NCBI RefSeq assembly: GCF_048593235.1
Contig: NC_133619.1
Location: 637,214,558-637,278,557 of the forward strand
Source of the DNA: Sminthopsis crassicaudata
Taxonomy: Eukaryota
DNA: 64,000 nucleotides
Direction: 5' to 3'
Positions 59,220 through 64,000 of the stretch are shown one piece after another. A program made the translations under genes and the position numbers. The first letter of the stretch is position 1. Each line of letters begins with the position of its first letter. A model generated the notes under the pieces. The model saw nothing but the letters and a program-made list of their open reading frames with translations, made no database searches and was not told the DNA's origin.

Positions 59220-61442
59220 TTACACGGCTCCCCCAGGGGCTGTGGGGAAAGAGACAGGGGGATAGAGAGAGGCCCAACTTCCCGCCCCGATATTCCCTTT
59301 CCCAAAACACACTAACAACACACGCTCACTTTTCCAATGCAGTATACACTCGGTGGTTAGTAAATCCCAGTCTGCTGCTGCTTTTCTTCCCCTCCCCCTA
59401 AGGAGGACAGGGACAGGAACAGGGACTGGGCTTGTGATTTGGTCCAGATTCCCAGGTGACCTCAGTACAGATCACCCCTGACAGTGTCAGAGAGTTTCTA
59501 TCAAGTGCCTTGTGGAGGTCACACAGTCGCTCCACAGCCGAGCCAGAATTCGAGGTCACATCTTCCCTCCTCTGAGAACAGCTCCCTGCTCAGGGCAGCA
59601 CATTGTCCCTCCGAGACTTAATCTGAAAGTCCTTCCCGAATGCGGACGCTTTCTGCCTTGGTGTCCATCCGGGGACGGATTACTCCTACTCCCCACCTCA
59701 ACACACACACGCACACGCACATGCACACACACTCCCTAGTGAGGAGAGTTGACACTTACGGTTTTTAATGGTCGGACTGCAGGAAGAAAGGAATGATAAA
59801 GAGACTGTAAGGAGACCAAGAGAGAGACAGAGACAGGGAGACAGAGACGGGGAGACAGAGACAGGGGCAGATACACAGAGACAAAGGGAGACCTGAGACA
59901 GCGGCACACAGGCAGAGATGGCTAAGGAAGGTGAAGGGGCAGAAAGACACAGAAGTAGATGGAGAAGATCAGAGAGACAGAGGCAGAAAGAGACAAGGAC
60001 AGAGGTGGAAATGGGGGAGAGGGAGAGTGCAAGCCAGGTAGAGGGACTCGGGGGAAATAGAGGAAGCCCACCCTCATCCCCGATCCCCCCCAAAACCCTT
60101 CTGACCTGGAGTCTGACTTCCTACACTTCACCTTCTTGCCTGCAGAGTGAAAGAAATGGGAAAATGGAAAGCTGAGACTAGTGTTGGGAGCCAGGGAAAA
60201 TAATTGGGAAGAGACCCACCCAAACTCAGCATGGAGGCCTCTTAACCTGGGAGTGGGAACGCTGTGGTCTGAGGAGCCTGAGCTCGGGGGGAAGAACTCT
60301 GGACTGCGAGCTGGAGGAGGGATGCTGGCAGAGGGCTCTAGGGTAGGAGGGTCTCTGGAGCAAGGGGTCTCCAGGACAGGAGGTCCCTGGGACAGGGGGT
60401 CCCTGGGACAGAGAGTCTCCACAGCAGGGGGTCTCCAGAGCGGGGGATCTCTGAGGCAGGAGGTCTCTGGGACAGGGGGTCCCTGGGACAGGGAGTCTCC
60501 ACAGCAGGGGATCTCTGAGGCAGGAGGTCTCTGGGACAGGGGGTCCCTGGGACAGGGAGTCTCCACAGAAGGGGGTCTCCAGAGCGGGGGATCTCTGAGG
60601 CAGGAGGTCTCTGGGACAGGGGGTCCCTGGGACAGGGAGTCTCCACAGCAGGGGATCTCTGAGGCAGGAGGTCTCTGGGACAGGGGGTCCCTGGGACAGG
60701 GAGTCTCCACAGAAGGGGGTCTCCAGAGCGGGGGATCTCTGAGGCAGGAGGTCTCTGGGACAGGGGGTCCCTGGGACAGGGAGTCTCCACAGCAGGGGAT
60801 CTCTGAGGCAGGAGGTCTCTGGGACAGGGGGTCTCTAGAGCAGGGTCTCTATAGGTAATGGGAAAGCACTCACTGAGTATAATGACGATGCCCAGAACAA
60901 ACATGATGGTAGCCAGAGTAAGTCCCACCACACGAACAGAGTCGTAGTCTGAGAAGGGAAAGAGCACATATGGCAACCCACTGCAGGCAGACTCTTCCCC
61001 AGTTCCTCTCCCCAACCTCCATCCTGTTTTTATCCCAACTTTTGGGGGCCTCAGTTTCCTCATCTGTCACATGGAGCCTCAACACAGAAGGGAGCTGAAT
61101 AAACCCTATTTCCCAAGCTGTAGGTGCTCCCCTCCTCCTCTCAGCTGTCCTCTCTCTGCCCCTCTACATAACTTAATGTGGGCTCAGAAAACACCCACTA
61201 TATTTGTTTGAACAGTAGCCTGAGCTCAGGATAACTTTGGGGGGACAGGGAGCCTCCCAGGCAAAGCCAACAGGATGTAGACCCTGGGCAGGCAGGAGAG
61301 CTATTTGGATTGTCAGCCATGCCTGGAGCCCTTGTGGCTTCTGAGAAGGCTGGGGCTCACTACCCATGACTCCCCTTCCAGGCCCCCTCCCACCATATCC
61401 CAAACTCACCATAGTAGAAACGGTCAGGTTCCTGAGAAGTGG
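59220..61442 (-). CDS. FXYD7: FXYD7, exons 2-6; exon 1 not found in the window
   Basis: Exons 61442-61410 (TSQEPDRFYY), 60948-60874 (DYDSVRVVGLTLATIMFVLGIVIILS), 60139-60106 (KKVKCRKSDS), 59776-59733 (PTIKNRKCQLSSL, donor uncertain), 59239-59220 (PGGAV*). Confidence 0.9.
60350..60850. repeat. 16-bp minisatellite organised as a 144-bp higher-order repeat
   Basis: Monomers such as GGGACAGGGGGTCCCT and GAGGCAGGAGGTCTCT. Identical blocks at 60481 and 60625. Confidence 0.9.
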
Positions 61443-62360
61443 CTAAAGGGAGAGACAGAAAAAAGGAGGGGAGGGAGAGAGNNNNNNNNNNNNNNNNNNN
61501 NNNNNNNNNNNNNNNNNNNNNNNNNNNNNNNNNNNNNNNNNNNNNNNNNNNNNNNNNNNNNNNNNNNNNNNNNNNNNNNNNNNNNNNNNNNNNNNNNNNN
61601 NNNNNNNNNNNNNNNNNNNNNNNNNNNNNNNNNNNNNNNNNNNNNNNNNNNNNNNNNNNNNNNNNNNNNNNNNNNNNNNNNNNNNNNNNNNNNNNNNNNN
61701 NNNNNNNNNNNNNNNNNNNNNNNNNNNNNNNNNNNNNNNNNNNNNNNNNNNNNNNNNNNNNNNNNNNNNNNNNNNNNNNNNNNNNNNNNNNNNNNNNNNN
61801 NNNNNNNNNNNNNNNNNNNNNNNNNNNNNNNNNNNNNNNNNNNNNNNNNNNNNNNNNNNNNNNNNNNNNNNNNNNNNNNNNNNNNNNNNNNNNNNNNNNN
61901 NNNNNNNNNNNNNNNNNNNNNNNNNNNNNNNNNNNNNNNNNNNNNNNNNNNNNNNNNNNNNNNNNNNNNNNNNNNNNNNNNNNNNNNNNNNNNNNNNNNN
62001 NNNNNNNNNNNNNNNNNNNNNNNNNNNNNNNNNNNNNNNNNNNNNNNNNNNNNNNNNNNNNNNNNNNNNNNNNNNNNNNNNNNNTTCCTCTCCATCCCTG
62101 ACCATAAAAGATGGATCCTAGTTCTGCTACTTCCCATCTATGGAAAGCCAAACATTGCAATTACCAATCTGGACATCAGTTCTCTCACTTGTAAAAGCGA
62201 GGTTGTCCTCCATGTTCTCTAAGGTCCCTTCCAGCACATATTTCTATAGCACTTTTCAGATATTATCTCATTTGATTCTCACAAGATAGGTGCATTTATG
62301 ATCTCCATTTTACAGATTCTGCATTTTGAATTGAGGCAGAGGTTAAGAAACTTGCTCAGA

Positions 62361-62680
62361 ACGAAACGAGCAGAACCAGGAATACATCGTACACAATAAC
62401 AGCAAGAATGGGTGATGATCAACTATGGAAGGCTTGGTTCTCAGTGGTTCAGTGATGGAAAGCAATCCCTATAGACTTTGAACAGAAAATGCATCTGCAT
62501 CCAGAAAAAGAACTAAGGAGACAATCTAAATGAACAGATGCTATGTTCATTTCTTTTTTTTTCCTGTTTTTTAATCTCTCCCATGATTTTTCCCTTTTGT
62601 TCTGATTTTTTCTCCCAATATGATTCATCAAGCAATGTGTATTAAAAATAAATCACTTACTACAATTAAAAAAAAAAAAA
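62361..62680 (+). mobile_element. 5'-truncated L1 3' end with poly(A) and TSD, inserted into a SINE
   Basis: Poly(A) ends at 62680. TSD AACTTGCTCAGA at 62349-62360 and 62683-62694. Confidence 0.8.
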
Positions 62681-63099
62681 GTAACTTGCTCAGAGTCCCA
62701 CAGCTACTATTTGTCTAGACAGAATTTGAGCTTAATTTCTTCCTGACTCCAAGTCCAGAACTCTAAGACACAAACTGGCTGCCAGACTGCTTCTCTCCAC
62801 TCACTCTGTGGTCCAACCTATTGGCCTATTGGCTGTTTCTCACATTCGGTGTTCCATTTCCCATCTCCATGTCTTTGTATTGTATCCCCCAGCATTCCTT
62901 CTACTCCATCTCTGGGGATCTCTGATTTATGTCAAGATTCATCTCAGTGTCATCCCCCTAGTGGCTAGCAACTGCCTGCCAAAATTGAATACACTTTATA
63001 TGGATAACATATGCATATATACATCTAAATCGGGACCATTATATTTGTATATAACTCTGCTGTCTTCTATTTATGTCTATCTTCTACCTTTCTTTTCTC

Positions 63100-63490
63100 T
63101 CTTATCCAACTATCTTCTATCATCTATCAATCTCTCTTCTATCTCCTATCTCTCTCAGTACCAATCTCAGTATGTCATTCATCCATCCATCCATCCAAGT
63201 ACCTACCTACTCATGTATCAATCCAGTCATCCATCTATCTATCCCTCCATCCATCCAACCATCATTCATCCATTTATTTATTTTTCTATCTACCCACCTA
63301 CCCAACTATCTATCTATCCACCTACCTACCCATCTATCCATCCATCCATCTACCTCCAATTATTCATCTATCCATCCTTCCATCCATTTACTTATTTTTC
63401 TATCTATCCACCTACCCATCTATCTATCCATCCATACATCCATCTATCAATCTCTCTGTATATCATCTATGTATCTGTCTATCAAATTAT
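63100..63490. repeat. Degenerate (CCAT)/(CTAT) tetranucleotide tract
   Basis: Directly visible; source of spurious ORFs 62808-63582. Confidence 0.9.
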
Positions 63491-64000
63491 CTTCCCTGAT
63501 AGAATGCAATTTCCTTAAAAGCAGGGATTGGTTCATTTTTGTCTTTGTGTCCCCAGTATCTATCAAAGTTCCTACCACATAGTAAACGCTTACTAAATAC
63601 TTGGGGATTGATTAATTACCTCAGGATTTCTTTCAGAGCATGATTGATCTGTAGATATGTTTTCAGTCAATCTGCTCCACTTTCTCACTTATACCTAATT
63701 TCCTTTGTTTCGCCTTTCTAGACTCGGTTCAAAATCTCTGCTCTGGGAAGTCTTTCTAGCTTCCACCTTTATCCTCTGTCTAGTGAGGAAGATGATTCAC
63801 ATTCATATAATGCTTTAAGGTTTGCAAAGTTATTCCCATTTCCTAGATAAAGAAAACAGAGATTAACTGTGCCGTTTCCAGGGTCTAGTAAGGCAGGATT
63901 CCAACCCAAGTTTTCTGCTTCAGATCTCTGGTCCTCTAACCACTACACTTGCTTCCTCCTGTGACAGCTCCTACCCTGTGACTCCTGGATCTGATTGTGG

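Noticed and set aside
62808-63582. 236-aa and 169-aa ORFs rich in S/I/H/P
   Set aside because: Translations of the (CCAT)/(CTAT) microsatellite.

Overview
Eukaryotic, intron-containing DNA from a marsupial (tRNA-derived core SINEs, marsupial-type L1 ends, an OC1-like hAT MITE), syntenic with human 19q13.12. Minus strand, in order: MAG (L- and S-isoform exons), HAMP, USF2, LSR, FXYD5 and the 3' part of FXYD7. FAM187B lies on the plus strand between LSR and FXYD5. Exon boundaries were read by hand from GT/AG sites and frame continuity. N gaps hide USF2 exon 1 and most of FAM187B exon 2. I found no CRISPR, RNA gene or wholly new gene system. The most notable observations: a 1-nt frameshift and an RGD-to-RAD change in MAG Ig1; loss of the proximal BMP-responsive element in the hepcidin promoter while the distal module is kept; a 26-residue hepcidin; a USF2 exon 4 lacking the human 27-aa extension; an FXYD5 whose FXYD motif reads PFKSN; an unexplained 8 x ~159-bp array upstream of LSR; a higher-order 16-bp minisatellite; and an OC1-like MITE with a perfect 8-bp TSD. 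Comparisons with human sequence are from memory and need alignment to confirm.
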